64,000 nucleotides of DNA from Patescibacteria group bacterium (GTDB lineage Bacteria > Patescibacteriota > WWE3 > JAUXAW01 > JAYEID01), in assembly GCA_034659915.1 (NCBI GenBank), contig JAYEID010000013.1, positions 74,917 through 138,916 of the forward strand. The letters are read 5' to 3'. The position numbers were made by a program, and so were the translations under genes. Shown piece by piece: positions 17,301-26,773 of the stretch. Each line of letters starts with the position of its first letter. The stretch's first letter is position 1. Below the pieces are notes generated by a model, which was given only the letters and a program-made list of their open reading frames with translations, was not told the origin of the DNA and did not search any database.

Positions 17301-19977
17301 CTTTGATATGACCTGGGATAGCGGCAACAGCCGTTTTGAAGGGACAATTTATCCAGGCTCTTATTATTGCAACGGTTGTGCTGATCCAAATACCGGAACT
17401 TTTACGGTTACTGTTCAGATCGATGACGATTCCGGGTTTGGGTCAATTAATGACTCAGACAGTACGGGTAGTTTTGATACTTATATTACCCGCCGGAAAA
17501 GTTCTTTGGACACCTCTGAAAACTATACCGATATCAAACCGGTTTGGAACACCGACCATTGGGATATTGAGGTGGCTGACTTTGCCCTTTATTGCTCTTC
17601 CAGCCAAACCAATGCGGTTATTGCCGTCCCTTTTCATCCCACTACAGCTAGTATTTCTAACATTGCTGTTAGCTATGATGGTACAGCTGTGTCCCAGGGT
17701 AGTGCGGAATCAACCACTGACGCTTGGTGGTGGGACAGCGATTACCACACCTTGTTTTTAATGTTTGGTTCCTGCAGCACGACCATTGTGGATGTGGACA
17801 TTAGCTTTGATTCGGATACGGATCTTTGGGCAACGCGGTTCGACCGGGTGCAAACAGCTGACATGGGCAACCGCGAATTTTATAACGGTCTTTTTATTGG
17901 TAACCAATACTGGACAACCAGCGTGTATGGCGGCGGTCACGAAGGCGCCGGTGAGCAGGCGGAATCGCGGGCAAAACCCAGCGGGGGAGATGAGTTAACT
18001 GTTGATTGTATGGAACGTGTGGGTGTTTGGGCTGACGATGACGGGGACCCCAACACCATCGATGACCTGAACTGCGACGACTCCGGTTATTATGAATGTA
18101 ACGTTAAGTGGGCGCAGGACGAGTGGGATGATTGGCCCCTTTCGGAAGATAACGATTCGATTGTGGTGGAAACCAACGAGGACCAGACCGCAAGCACCGG
18201 TTGGCGGCAGTATTTGGATAATTCTATTAGTGTTGAACGGATCCTAACTTTTTATTCCGGCAAAATATATATTGAAAACAATTACACTATAACCAATAAC
18301 GATTCCAGTGCACATGATCTCGACCTTGTTCATGAAAGAGAACAATGGCTTGCTGGAGACTGCGCTATAAACGATAGAGGTCGTTATTATAGTGATACTT
18401 CGGATCGAACTATGGACACGAGGGTAGATATGTCTACGTTTTCTAATCCTTGGCTGACGAGTTACGACAATTACGACACCGGTTATTATGCAAGCATGGG
18501 ATTTATTTTTGAGGAAGGTGCGGAAGCGGATTACGGTATTTTTACTGACCATGCCTTTATTACTAACACTTCGGCTGAGTGGCCGGTGGTAATTGGTTCA
18601 GAAGGGCACACTGAGGCAGCTAATACCGGTTTTGAATTAAGTAACAATTCTGTTGCGGCAGGGAACAGTGTGGTTTTAAATTATTGGCAAACCCTGTATA
18701 TAGGCAGTTCTTGGGATGATGTTGCGTCTGCCTTGGATGATGCTTGTGCAGAGCTTAATGATGCTAACACCGCACCCAACAGCCCCACTTCTCTGACGCA
18801 AAAGAAGACCGACGACACAGTTCTTTCCACGGGCGACTGGACCAACGAATCTTCGGTAAAATTCACGGCAACTGTGGATGACCCCGACGATTCGGACACA
18901 CTCTACCTCTGTGTAGAAAAAGACCCCACCGGCACTGCTTTTTCTGATACCGAAGATCAGTGCGGGGAGGGGGTTTCCTACTCCGGAACAGCGGTGGAAG
19001 CAACTGTTACTATTTCTTCGCAGACCGACGATACTGAGTATCACTGGCAGGCACGGGTTAAGGACGAAGCGGGAGAATATTCATCCTGGGTTTCTTACGG
19101 GGGGAACGCGGATCCTAGTGATACAGATTACGCTATTGACACCACAGCCCCCACCGGAGGGACAGTTTACGACGGAACGGAGGCGGGGGTGGATAAGGAT
19201 TTTAACGATGAATCTCTTTCCCAGCTTTCTGCCAACTGGAGCGGGTTTGATGCTAGTGTATCCGGTTTGGATTATTACGAATATTCAATTGGTACTACCC
19301 AAGGAGGAATCGATGTTGTGGGCTGGACCAATAACGGCACATCAACTTCGGTAACTGAACAAGATTTAACTTTGCAAACCTCACAACCTTATTACTTTAA
19401 TGTGCGGGCAGTGGATAATGCAGGCAGTACCCAGTCTCCCGCAATTTCCTCCGACGGCCAGCTGGTGAGTCCCAGTATTTCTTTTAGCGTTAGCCCTTCT
19501 ACAGTTTCCTTTGATGCTTTGAACGCTTCCAACAGTTATACCGATACGGAAACCGTTACTTTGGAAACTTCCACCAACGCCTATAATGGTTATGTTGTTC
19601 GTGGTTTTGCCACCGATTATTTGCGTTCCGCTTCCGGCAACGAGACAGTTCCCGATTTTGACGGGGGAACTTACGAGGAGCCGGACGGCTGGCTTACTAG
19701 TGACCGCGGGTTTGGTTACCATTCTTCGGATGAATCTATTCAAGGAAGTAATATTTTTAATAGCGACCCTTGCCCCGGTGGCAACAGCCCGCCCTGTTAT
19801 GCGCCTTTTTCCCAAACGGCTCCCGGTGATATTGTTGCCGACCACACCGCCAATGTTACCGGCAGTCCTATTTCCAGCGAACAGTTTACGCTTACCTATA
19901 AGGTGAAAACCGACAGTATCCAGGCTTCGTCAACTTACATTACAACTATTATTTACACTATAACTGCTCAGTATTAA
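14350..19977 (+). CDS. Giant (1875 aa) surface protein: N-terminal TMs, S/T/P/E linker, beta-sandwich/FN3-like modules, C-terminal WxL-like domain
   Basis: S/T/D-rich beta-strand composition; YHWQARVKD and YYFNVRAVD FN3-like strands; C-terminus aligns with 21149-22186 product. Confidence 0.85.
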   Translation: MVNPVRDSSSIEKISQWIDIFLLFVLVIANLLFPLFGLSAHLVSLVRLLFLLSLVLFFIFVRLPLLFVESVVGMLRSHKDRKKIWRSRKNFLIKNLVFILVFLFVLDSVGANSLHGVIGRELLGRKGDRGGAADNGGEAYGLVRSSEKEMFVLRAKRKDFKSEEDVTFKVSFTDALPSAPEENEASGSSSQPSSATTSATPETDSPSSVDQSGSEEPTTQDSTPEGTESATPEATISAQPSNQGLLGKVLALLEKYNIFGSVKAQSKEPDIDVKIFDVEGEETHFPISVEADESGNFEIEVSKGRAFRPGKYELKVTLVDPESGEELDSIEQDFTWGVLAVNTNKSIYLPREKAKLQMAVLDEEGMMECNAKLRLEIQNPKSEIQNLSTEEGSITVNPECKLHDFTLVPDYEAEYQVADSGVYEMKLTAETENGTYTITDSFEVRNEVPFDVERETATRIYPPESYPVTFSIKVNQDFTGVIEERVPASFEVECPPLFDVDSGTRSNSCQIKEKDGVKTISWSVSWAEGQRTTLYYRFKTPLISPQFYLLGPLTFRSLGEGGPSTTVFEKSEDELAPTSFEEARRWQLAIDDTEGANSPSSAAEDTSVGGYSWSGYTNVYSSNDSYAEVTLGKGYISYYIKATGFGFSLSNCESIDGIYVEVERKSNDAADMEDNSVRLVNGSGTIVGDDKAIAGDWPTSDTYQGYGGSTDTWNASLTCSDVTNSNFGVVFSAQNTVSTKPRDITASVDHIRVTVYYTAAPALEQSHYRWRDDSYGLNTDNGWQANEDNEYNGLPTNTTARLRMEIDNTGDAEASSYQYQLEYAAQSGDTCGGESYTAVPVTASTEPFEMVTSSQYTDGDAITSGFLTGSGTWADGEGVADPSNKTASHSLAYGDYTEFEYAIQATSDAGSGQTYCFRLTNDGSIENFTYTRYAEATIQGVSGSLGKSADGWAGAIPVYMDVIGYDSSYYARAKVDTPAAETYYFDMTWDSGNSRFEGTIYPGSYYCNGCADPNTGTFTVTVQIDDDSGFGSINDSDSTGSFDTYITRRKSSLDTSENYTDIKPVWNTDHWDIEVADFALYCSSSQTNAVIAVPFHPTTASISNIAVSYDGTAVSQGSAESTTDAWWWDSDYHTLFLMFGSCSTTIVDVDISFDSDTDLWATRFDRVQTADMGNREFYNGLFIGNQYWTTSVYGGGHEGAGEQAESRAKPSGGDELTVDCMERVGVWADDDGDPNTIDDLNCDDSGYYECNVKWAQDEWDDWPLSEDNDSIVVETNEDQTASTGWRQYLDNSISVERILTFYSGKIYIENNYTITNNDSSAHDLDLVHEREQWLAGDCAINDRGRYYSDTSDRTMDTRVDMSTFSNPWLTSYDNYDTGYYASMGFIFEEGAEADYGIFTDHAFITNTSAEWPVVIGSEGHTEAANTGFELSNNSVAAGNSVVLNYWQTLYIGSSWDDVASALDDACAELNDANTAPNSPTSLTQKKTDDTVLSTGDWTNESSVKFTATVDDPDDSDTLYLCVEKDPTGTAFSDTEDQCGEGVSYSGTAVEATVTISSQTDDTEYHWQARVKDEAGEYSSWVSYGGNADPSDTDYAIDTTAPTGGTVYDGTEAGVDKDFNDESLSQLSANWSGFDASVSGLDYYEYSIGTTQGGIDVVGWTNNGTSTSVTEQDLTLQTSQPYYFNVRAVDNAGSTQSPAISSDGQLVSPSISFSVSPSTVSFDALNASNSYTDTETVTLETSTNAYNGYVVRGFATDYLRSASGNETVPDFDGGTYEEPDGWLTSDRGFGYHSSDESIQGSNIFNSDPCPGGNSPPCYAPFSQTAPGDIVADHTANVTGSPISSEQFTLTYKVKTDSIQASSTYITTIIYTITAQY

Positions 19978-19994
19978 AATAGTGCCAAATTAAA

Positions 19995-21095
19995 ATGAAA
20001 AATTTGCTCATTTCCAAAAATAAAAACAAAGCTAAAAAGTTAAAGAGATTAGGTATTTGCGCTGGGTTTTTGTTAGTTTTGGTAGTTTTCTTTTTTTCGG
20101 GTTCCGTTTTGCAGGTGGGGGCGGCTGATGGTGCAGAGGAAACAACTGCTTCTGCGGGGGCTTCGGGAAATATGCCTCTTATGCAGTTAGAAAGTGCTGA
20201 GCCGGAAAAAGCAGCTTTGGGTGTTTCCCCGGTAATTATTGAACTTATTTTGGAACGGGGTCGAAGCACAGAAAAGAAAATAACTGTTTTTAACATAACC
20301 AACTTCCCCCTACCTGTTAAGGGAAACACGGAGAGCTTTTTTGTGTTGGAAGATGTGGAACCGGGTGCCGAAGAAATTTTTGATGTTTCTTCTTGGGTAA
20401 GTATTGAACCCGCAGATTTCATTCTCCAACCCCGTGAGCACAAAGAGGTTAAAATATCAATTGATGTTCCCCCGGAAGCCGAGCCGGGAGGGCATTATGC
20501 TTCTATTTATTTTCAACCGCTGATTCCGGTGGAAGTTCTTTCCCCGCAGACCGCTTTTCTGACTGCGCGGGTAGGTACTTTAGGGTTCTTTGTGGTTCAA
20601 GGTGAAATTGTGGAGAAAGCGGAGCTGGGTGAATTGGAGGTAAGAACGCTTCAGCAGTTTGGACCTGTAGATTTTAAGTTCCCGATTAGAAATGCGGGAA
20701 ATGTGCATCTTTTGCCTGCGGGGGAAGTGATAATAACTGGTTTTTTGGGGAATGAAAAAGAAAAACTAGAGATATCTCCCAGCGCAATTTTGCCGCAGAC
20801 AACCAAGGAAATAACTGCTCAGTGGGATAAGAAATATCTTTTTGGTAAGTTTTCTGTAGAGGTAAATATTTCTTACGGGAGCGAGAATAAAAAATTGGTG
20901 GCCGGACCGGTAGATTTTTGGGTTGTCCCTTGGCTCTCACTCTTAATTGGGGGCAGCTTGTTGACAGCTGTCTTGGTTTTCTGCATAATGTTTAGGAGAC
21001 GGGTGGGTTTGGCGCTGACTGCGCTTTTCAACCCGGAAAAACTTAGTGAAAAGGAACGGAGGGGAATTAACCTTCTCCCGCGTAAGGATAATTAA
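19995..21095 (+). CDS. DUF916/DUF3324-like (WxL-interacting, PapD-like fold) membrane protein
   Basis: LGVSPVIIEL, VPPEAEPGGHYASI, NAGNVHL, FGKF, C-terminal TM plus basic tail. Confidence 0.75.
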   Translation: MKNLLISKNKNKAKKLKRLGICAGFLLVLVVFFFSGSVLQVGAADGAEETTASAGASGNMPLMQLESAEPEKAALGVSPVIIELILERGRSTEKKITVFNITNFPLPVKGNTESFFVLEDVEPGAEEIFDVSSWVSIEPADFILQPREHKEVKISIDVPPEAEPGGHYASIYFQPLIPVEVLSPQTAFLTARVGTLGFFVVQGEIVEKAELGELEVRTLQQFGPVDFKFPIRNAGNVHLLPAGEVIITGFLGNEKEKLEISPSAILPQTTKEITAQWDKKYLFGKFSVEVNISYGSENKKLVAGPVDFWVVPWLSLLIGGSLLTAVLVFCIMFRRRVGLALTALFNPEKLSEKERRGINLLPRKDN

Positions 21096-21148
21096 TTTTA
21101 GAAATTACCCAATTTTTGAAAAGGGGGTGAAACAGAATAAGTAACAAT

Positions 21149-22186
21149 ATGCAATTTGCACGCAAATTTAAGAAACTCTTGCCTATTTTTATACTAGGAG
21201 GATTATTAGCGTGGATGAGAGTAAGCACGGTTCATGCGGCAACGCTGACCGGAGGTTCGGTAAGCTTGAGCGATTCCCGCCCGGATCAAACTAGCGTGGA
21301 ATATGATTCCGAGTGGAGTAATGTAACCCAATCAAACATTAAATGTATTAAGATCCAGTTTAATACTGCTGCTGACGGAAGTGGGAGTGTTCCTTTGACT
21401 TCTACTGGTGGTACTGTGGATACCACTAATACGGATTATGTTGACGTAAGTACGTGGACCACTGATTTCACAACTAACGGTACGGTTACAATAACAGACT
21501 CAACGGGTGCCGCACCGACCAGTTCCTCTAACCTGACAATTGCTTTGGACGGAATTACCAACGGTTCCACTGCGGATACCGGTTATTATTATATCCTTAA
21601 CACCTATGACAATACGGATTGTTCCACGAGTCCTGTGGACGAAGGTACAGTAACCTTTATCTATACCGAGGGGCAGTCTGTATCTATGACTGTGGACCCG
21701 TCCATTAGTTTCTCCCTTGCTTCTGTGGGGTCGGGTGTATTAGTGAACGGGGCAACTACTACTGAGGCTAGCACTACAACTACCATTCCTTTGGGAACGG
21801 TTACAGATACCACCAATGGAATTACAGCGCACGACCTTACGGTAAGCACCAATGCGGAAAACGGTTACACGGTTTACGCCCGCTATACCGGTCAGCTGAC
21901 TTACAGCACGGCTACAATTGACGATCATACGGGAGATCATACTACGCCTACGGAAATGTCTGTGGGGACTGAGGCGTTTGGTTACACTACCGAAGATACT
22001 GACCTTTCTCAGTTTCAGCCAAACAAGTGGGCTGGGTTTACCAGTACTAATGCTTCAGTGGCCACCAATACGACGGCGGCTTCCAGTGAAACAACCCGTA
22101 TCGGTTACCAAGCGGGAATTAGCAGCACAACGGAGGCGGGGACTTACACAACTACTGTTATCTTGACTTGCACGCCCACCTACTAA
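21149..22186 (+). CDS. Secreted T/S-rich protein with C-terminal WxL-like domain (candidate major subunit)
   Basis: Signal peptide (VHA|A), VSTNAENGYTV, FGY, GTYTTTVILTCTPTY end. Confidence 0.75.
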   Translation: MQFARKFKKLLPIFILGGLLAWMRVSTVHAATLTGGSVSLSDSRPDQTSVEYDSEWSNVTQSNIKCIKIQFNTAADGSGSVPLTSTGGTVDTTNTDYVDVSTWTTDFTTNGTVTITDSTGAAPTSSSNLTIALDGITNGSTADTGYYYILNTYDNTDCSTSPVDEGTVTFIYTEGQSVSMTVDPSISFSLASVGSGVLVNGATTTEASTTTTIPLGTVTDTTNGITAHDLTVSTNAENGYTVYARYTGQLTYSTATIDDHTGDHTTPTEMSVGTEAFGYTTEDTDLSQFQPNKWAGFTSTNASVATNTTAASSETTRIGYQAGISSTTEAGTYTTTVILTCTPTY

Positions 22187-22388
22187 AAACGCTCGTTGGA
22201 GAGTTTTTAGAGGTGGCGGCAAGTTGGGGGGTGGGGGCTTTGTTGTTTATTTGAATTGCCGGTAGGCACCAAAGCGGCGCCCCACAAGCAGGCTTGTGAC
22301 TTCCTGCGAAGGGCGGGGGTGTTTTAGAGGCACCCCTTTGTTCCTTGCCTTGAATAATAAAGCTTGAATTAATTTTTTGATTTGTGTT

Positions 22389-23318
22389 ATGAAACTTAAA
22401 CTGGTTACAATTGTAATTTTTTCTTTCTTCTTGTTTTTCCCTTTCCAAAGAGCGCGGGCGCAGGAAATGGTTACTCTTAGTGTTTCGCCGCCGGTTTTTG
22501 AGCTTACAGCTAATCCGGGGGATACGCTCAAGAATGTGATTCGGGTGAGTAACCCCCACGAGGAGCCGCTTAAAGTTTCGGTGGATACCCGCAATTTTGT
22601 GGCGGTGGGTGAGGTTGGCTCGGTGGGGCTTACGGAGGAAGAAACGCCCTATTCTTTAGCTTCCTGGATAAGTGTAACCCCTACTCAGGTTGAAATCCCC
22701 GGCGAATCCAGCTGGTATTTTAATGTTGAAACAAATGTTCCCTTGAACGCAGAACCCGGCGGTCATTTTGGTTCCGTGGTTTTTAAAACAGGCGGCGGCG
22801 CTGTCCAGCAGACCGGTGCTGCAGTTACTCAGGAGTTGGGTTCTTTGTTTTTGCTGAGGGTTTCGGGAAAGGTAACTGAAGACGGTCGGGTGGAAAGCTT
22901 TTCAGCAGAGAAAAAGTTTTGGGAATACGGTCCTATCCGGTTTGATCTGCGGGTGGAGAACAACGGCAATGTGCATATCAAACCGCAGGGGAAAATAGCA
23001 ATTACTAACATGTTAGGAAAAGAGGTGGCTGAGGTGGATGTTAAGCCGCAAAATGTTTTACCTGATGCGGTCCGCAAGTTTTCACCAACCTGGGAAAAAG
23101 AAATTCTTTTTGGAAAATACACAGCAACCGCATCTCTGGTTTACGGCAGTGATAGCGAGGTTTTAAATGCAACTACGAGTTTCTATGCTTTCCCCTACAA
23201 AGTAGGGGGTGCGGTTTTGGCTGGCCTAATTGTTATTGGCTTTTTGCTCTACCGTGGTCGAAGAAGAATAGCCTTAGCCCTACGGATACTGTTTGGGAAA
23301 CATGAAGACAAGGCCTAA
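22389..23318 (+). CDS. Second DUF916/DUF3324-like membrane protein
   Basis: LSVSPPVFEL, VPLNAEPGGHFGSV, NNGNVHIKP, FGKYTA, C-terminal TM plus RRR; paralog of 19995-21095. Confidence 0.78.
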   Translation: MKLKLVTIVIFSFFLFFPFQRARAQEMVTLSVSPPVFELTANPGDTLKNVIRVSNPHEEPLKVSVDTRNFVAVGEVGSVGLTEEETPYSLASWISVTPTQVEIPGESSWYFNVETNVPLNAEPGGHFGSVVFKTGGGAVQQTGAAVTQELGSLFLLRVSGKVTEDGRVESFSAEKKFWEYGPIRFDLRVENNGNVHIKPQGKIAITNMLGKEVAEVDVKPQNVLPDAVRKFSPTWEKEILFGKYTATASLVYGSDSEVLNATTSFYAFPYKVGGAVLAGLIVIGFLLYRGRRRIALALRILFGKHEDKA

Positions 23319-23333
23319 TATGAAAAAAAGATT

Positions 23334-24392
23334 ATGGAAGAACTTTATAGCTTACAGAGAATTTCTCCCTCCTTCTTAGGTACAACTAAGATTGTTCTCT
23401 TTAATATCCTCTTTGTTTTTTTGTTCTTTTTAATCTCTCTTGCTTCTCCAAAACTTGTCTGTGCAGGAACAGAATTGAATGTTACTATGCAGGTTCACGA
23501 TACAACCTTTATTGTTACAGGCAGGACTAGTCCTAATGCTAAGGTAACAGTGCTGGAAGACAATTCTGTAATTGGTACTACCCTTGCGGGCGGTGATGGT
23601 AGCTTTTCCAAAGAATTTCCGGCGCAGGATACTGGCGTTCATAACTACGGTTTTTATTCTACTGATAGCGAAGGTAGAGATACCTCCACTATTAATTACT
23701 CGGTTTCTTTGTTTTCTCATACGGTGACCACACTTTCTAATCTAATCTTGCCCCCCACCTATGAACTTAGCGCTACAGAAATTACTGCCGACGAAGACCT
23801 TCTGGTGGAAGGTTCGGCAGTGCCCAGTTCCCAAGTTGTTTTGTATTTTTCCAAGGCTGGAAGTTCGGAAATTTCCTCGCATACTGTGAAGGCTGGGAGT
23901 ACTGGAAGGTGGGAATATTCTCTGGGTTTGGATTCTTTGGGCGAAGGAACATACGAAATTTATGGTCAAGTAACAACTGTTGATGGTTATCAAAGCGATG
24001 CGGGCAGCGTGCTTGGTTTCGAAGTTACGGCTCCTCCCGAAGAGGAGGAGGAGGAAGAAGAGCTAGTTTCTCCGCCTGTCTCGGTTGAGGAAGAAGTAGC
24101 GCCATCTCCCACTTTAGTTGAGGAAGAAGAGGAGGAAGGTCCAAAGCTTCCTGATTTTATGAGTGTTTTTGATCCAGATGGAGACGGCAGGATTAGCAAA
24201 AGCGAAGTTTTTGATGCAGTAAAGTCTTGGGTTCACAGTTGGCGAGATTATTTGTCTGATTTAGTTGCTGATGAACAATTGCAAGAGCCTCCGTTGGAGA
24301 AGAGAACGTGTGATTTGAATAATGATGGAAAATGTAACTTGCGTGACTTTTCTATACTACTGTACTATATAGAAAGAGAGGAGGGTGGGTAA
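23334..24392 (+). CDS. Ig-like domain protein with C-terminal dockerin/EF-hand pair
   Basis: GRTSPNAKV Ig-like repeats, acidic linker, DPDGDGRISKSE and DLNNDGKCNLRDFSILL. Confidence 0.8.
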   Translation: MEELYSLQRISPSFLGTTKIVLFNILFVFLFFLISLASPKLVCAGTELNVTMQVHDTTFIVTGRTSPNAKVTVLEDNSVIGTTLAGGDGSFSKEFPAQDTGVHNYGFYSTDSEGRDTSTINYSVSLFSHTVTTLSNLILPPTYELSATEITADEDLLVEGSAVPSSQVVLYFSKAGSSEISSHTVKAGSTGRWEYSLGLDSLGEGTYEIYGQVTTVDGYQSDAGSVLGFEVTAPPEEEEEEEELVSPPVSVEEEVAPSPTLVEEEEEEGPKLPDFMSVFDPDGDGRISKSEVFDAVKSWVHSWRDYLSDLVADEQLQEPPLEKRTCDLNNDGKCNLRDFSILLYYIEREEGG

Positions 24393-25452
24393 TACTGCCA
24401 GATTCATTATGGAAAAGAAAGATTCACAAACACAACTAACCGTTACGCTTGTATTAGTTGGTTTTTTCAAAGTAATACTTTTGGGTATAGTTTCTTGGTT
24501 GTTGTTGCATTTCTTTGCTTTGGTGGGGTTTTTTGTTGCCTTGTCATTGCCTTTGTGGTGGTTGTTCTTCCCACGCCGTATCCCTTGTATTGGCTGTCAG
24601 ACCAGAGAAGAAGGTGAGTATTGTCCTCTTTGCGGTAAGGAGGTGCGGGAGGGTTCTCCACGTTCGTTTCGGAGTATGGCTGCCCATATGGGTATTTTCC
24701 TCCTCTTATTTCTTGTTTCCCTTGGTGTTATTTATGCTGAACGAGAGATATTGGAAGGGTTGGATATTTCCTTAACGCCAAAGACAGCAACTTTTGAGAT
24801 CCCTCCCCGCGCGCAGTACCGTTTGGGAGAGATTTTTCCAATGAGGATTACACTTACAGGTATTAAACGTTCTATCAATGCAGTTCAGGCTGATTTTAGC
24901 TTTGACCCCCGCCGGTTGGAGCTAGTTGAAATTTCTACTAGGGAATCTTTTGCCTCTGTTTTTATTCAGAAGGAAATTGATAATAAGACAGGTTATGGTC
25001 GTTTAGCTGGGGGTGTTCCCAGTCCGGGCTTTTCTCAGGAAAGAGGTGTTTTTGGTACTGTTTATTTTCGTGGCAAGACTCCCGGCTTGGCTGATGTTGA
25101 GTTTTTACCTTCTTCTATGATTTTAGCTAATGACGGGCGGGGTACTAATGTTTTAAAAGGGTTGGCATCTTCCCATTACCTTGTCCTTCCTGAAGAAGTT
25201 TTGGATACAGAACGTGAACTTCAAGAATCGGCACTGATCCTCGAAGTTTTGGGTACTGAGGAGGAACGTAAAGAACAGATGCTCTTTTTTGAGCCGGGCG
25301 AAAAGGTTTTGGGAGGGGATGTGGAAGAAGATCAGATTACGCCGAGCCGGACATTTGGTTTGGGACGGAGCTTGCTTAGGGTTTTGAATAGGTTTAATAG
25401 ACTTGTTATTAATTTTTGGCGCGAAATGTTTGCCTTCGTATTTTCTAGTTAG
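24385..25452 (+). CDS. Membrane protein with CxxC-CxxC loop and cohesin-like domain
   Basis: Three TMs, CIGC/CPLC, then INAVQADFSFDP...GGVPSPGF...LANDGRGTNVL. Confidence 0.75.
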   Translation: MGNTARFIMEKKDSQTQLTVTLVLVGFFKVILLGIVSWLLLHFFALVGFFVALSLPLWWLFFPRRIPCIGCQTREEGEYCPLCGKEVREGSPRSFRSMAAHMGIFLLLFLVSLGVIYAEREILEGLDISLTPKTATFEIPPRAQYRLGEIFPMRITLTGIKRSINAVQADFSFDPRRLELVEISTRESFASVFIQKEIDNKTGYGRLAGGVPSPGFSQERGVFGTVYFRGKTPGLADVEFLPSSMILANDGRGTNVLKGLASSHYLVLPEEVLDTERELQESALILEVLGTEEERKEQMLFFEPGEKVLGGDVEEDQITPSRTFGLGRSLLRVLNRFNRLVINFWREMFAFVFSS

Positions 25453-25486
25453 TCGTTTCTTGCTCCGGGTTTTTTGGGAATAAAAG

Positions 25487-26659
25487 TTAAGATTGGTCTT
25501 CGGGTTTTGGTTGAGGTTCTTTTGTTGCTTTTGGTTTCTTACTACTGGAAAGTAACTTGCCTGTTGCAAAGCCTAAGACAAATCCGAGAATCAAAGCGCC
25601 AACACCAACTCCAATAAGGAGGATTTTATTTACACCTTCAGTTATTGTAGCTAAGAAACCCGCTGCTTCTTTCGTAGCAATATCTCTTGCGTCTATTCCT
25701 GAATTTGTGTCTCTTTGTGTAGTGTCCAATTCAGTTGGAAGCTCATCTTCCTCAAAATACTCTCGCGCCTCAGAAAGAGGTAGTATTGAAGTTTCTAGAT
25801 CATAAGCTAAGACACCCTCATCTTTTTGTGAGCCATAATCTATTTCCAAATAATATGTGTCTGACTTTTCAGCCAAGAAGGGAGCAGTTACAACCGCACC
25901 TTGGTTGGGCCACCCATGTCTTTCTAATTCCTTACGAGAAGAGTCGTAAAAAACTATAGCATCAAAGCTTGCGTTGCTTGGTGGTGTTATTGTTACAACT
26001 AGAACTTGTCCTCTGTTTACATCCACACTGTAAAAGTCAGCATCATCTGTACCACTCCCACGTCCTACTAGGTATCCTGTGTAGGTACCTTCTGTTAGGG
26101 GCACAGCTTTTTCAAAAGAATTACCAGCGTCAGATTCTGCTCCTCCGTCAAAATAGCTAACCTTTTCTATTTCTAAGCTGTAAGAGGAAAGATCTCCGTC
26201 GCGGCTTACTTCAATTACAATATAGTATTCATAGATAGTTTTTTCTGTTCCGGGAAGCCACGAGACTTCAAGATCACTAGGTTCACTTGCGTGCTGCGAT
26301 TCTCGTGCAAGCTCACTTCGGTCTGCATCATAGAGTATTAATGAGGCACCAGTATCTCCTTCAAAATTCCCAGTTGCAGTCACTTGTTCTCCCGGGCGGA
26401 AGCCAGAAACTTTAAAATATTTCTTTTCGCCTGAGGGAACACTTGCGCCAGATTCATAGGAACCTGTATCAAGTTCTTCTGCATTTTCAAAACTATCGCC
26501 TCCGCTTATTACTGTTGTCTGTTCAGCATTAGTTGTGGTTGAAAATCTACTAGTATCTTCTTGGGCTAAAGCGGGATTGAAAACTGAATATAAAGGGAGG
26601 AGAAGGAGAGGGCTCAATAGGGTTAAAATAATCTTTTGGCAGGTTTTTGCTCTATTCAT
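25487..26659 (-). CDS. Surface protein with two PPC-like (pre-peptidase C-terminal) repeats and C-terminal TM
   Basis: Signal peptide; repeats GDSFENAEEL/GNSFEKAVPL, LYDADRSEL/FYDSSRKEL. Confidence 0.75.
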   Translation of the reverse strand: MNRAKTCQKIILTLLSPLLLLPLYSVFNPALAQEDTSRFSTTTNAEQTTVISGGDSFENAEELDTGSYESGASVPSGEKKYFKVSGFRPGEQVTATGNFEGDTGASLILYDADRSELARESQHASEPSDLEVSWLPGTEKTIYEYYIVIEVSRDGDLSSYSLEIEKVSYFDGGAESDAGNSFEKAVPLTEGTYTGYLVGRGSGTDDADFYSVDVNRGQVLVVTITPPSNASFDAIVFYDSSRKELERHGWPNQGAVVTAPFLAEKSDTYYLEIDYGSQKDEGVLAYDLETSILPLSEAREYFEEDELPTELDTTQRDTNSGIDARDIATKEAAGFLATITEGVNKILLIGVGVGALILGFVLGFATGKLLSSSKKPKATKEPQPKPEDQS

Positions 26660-26773
26660 AAGTAATCTGTACTTTCAAGCTACCAAGATCAAAAATACGT
26701 GTCAAGGACATTGGAGAGAAACTGCTTTACATAGAAGTGTCTTTATGGCTAAATAAATTTGGAAGAAAACTTT

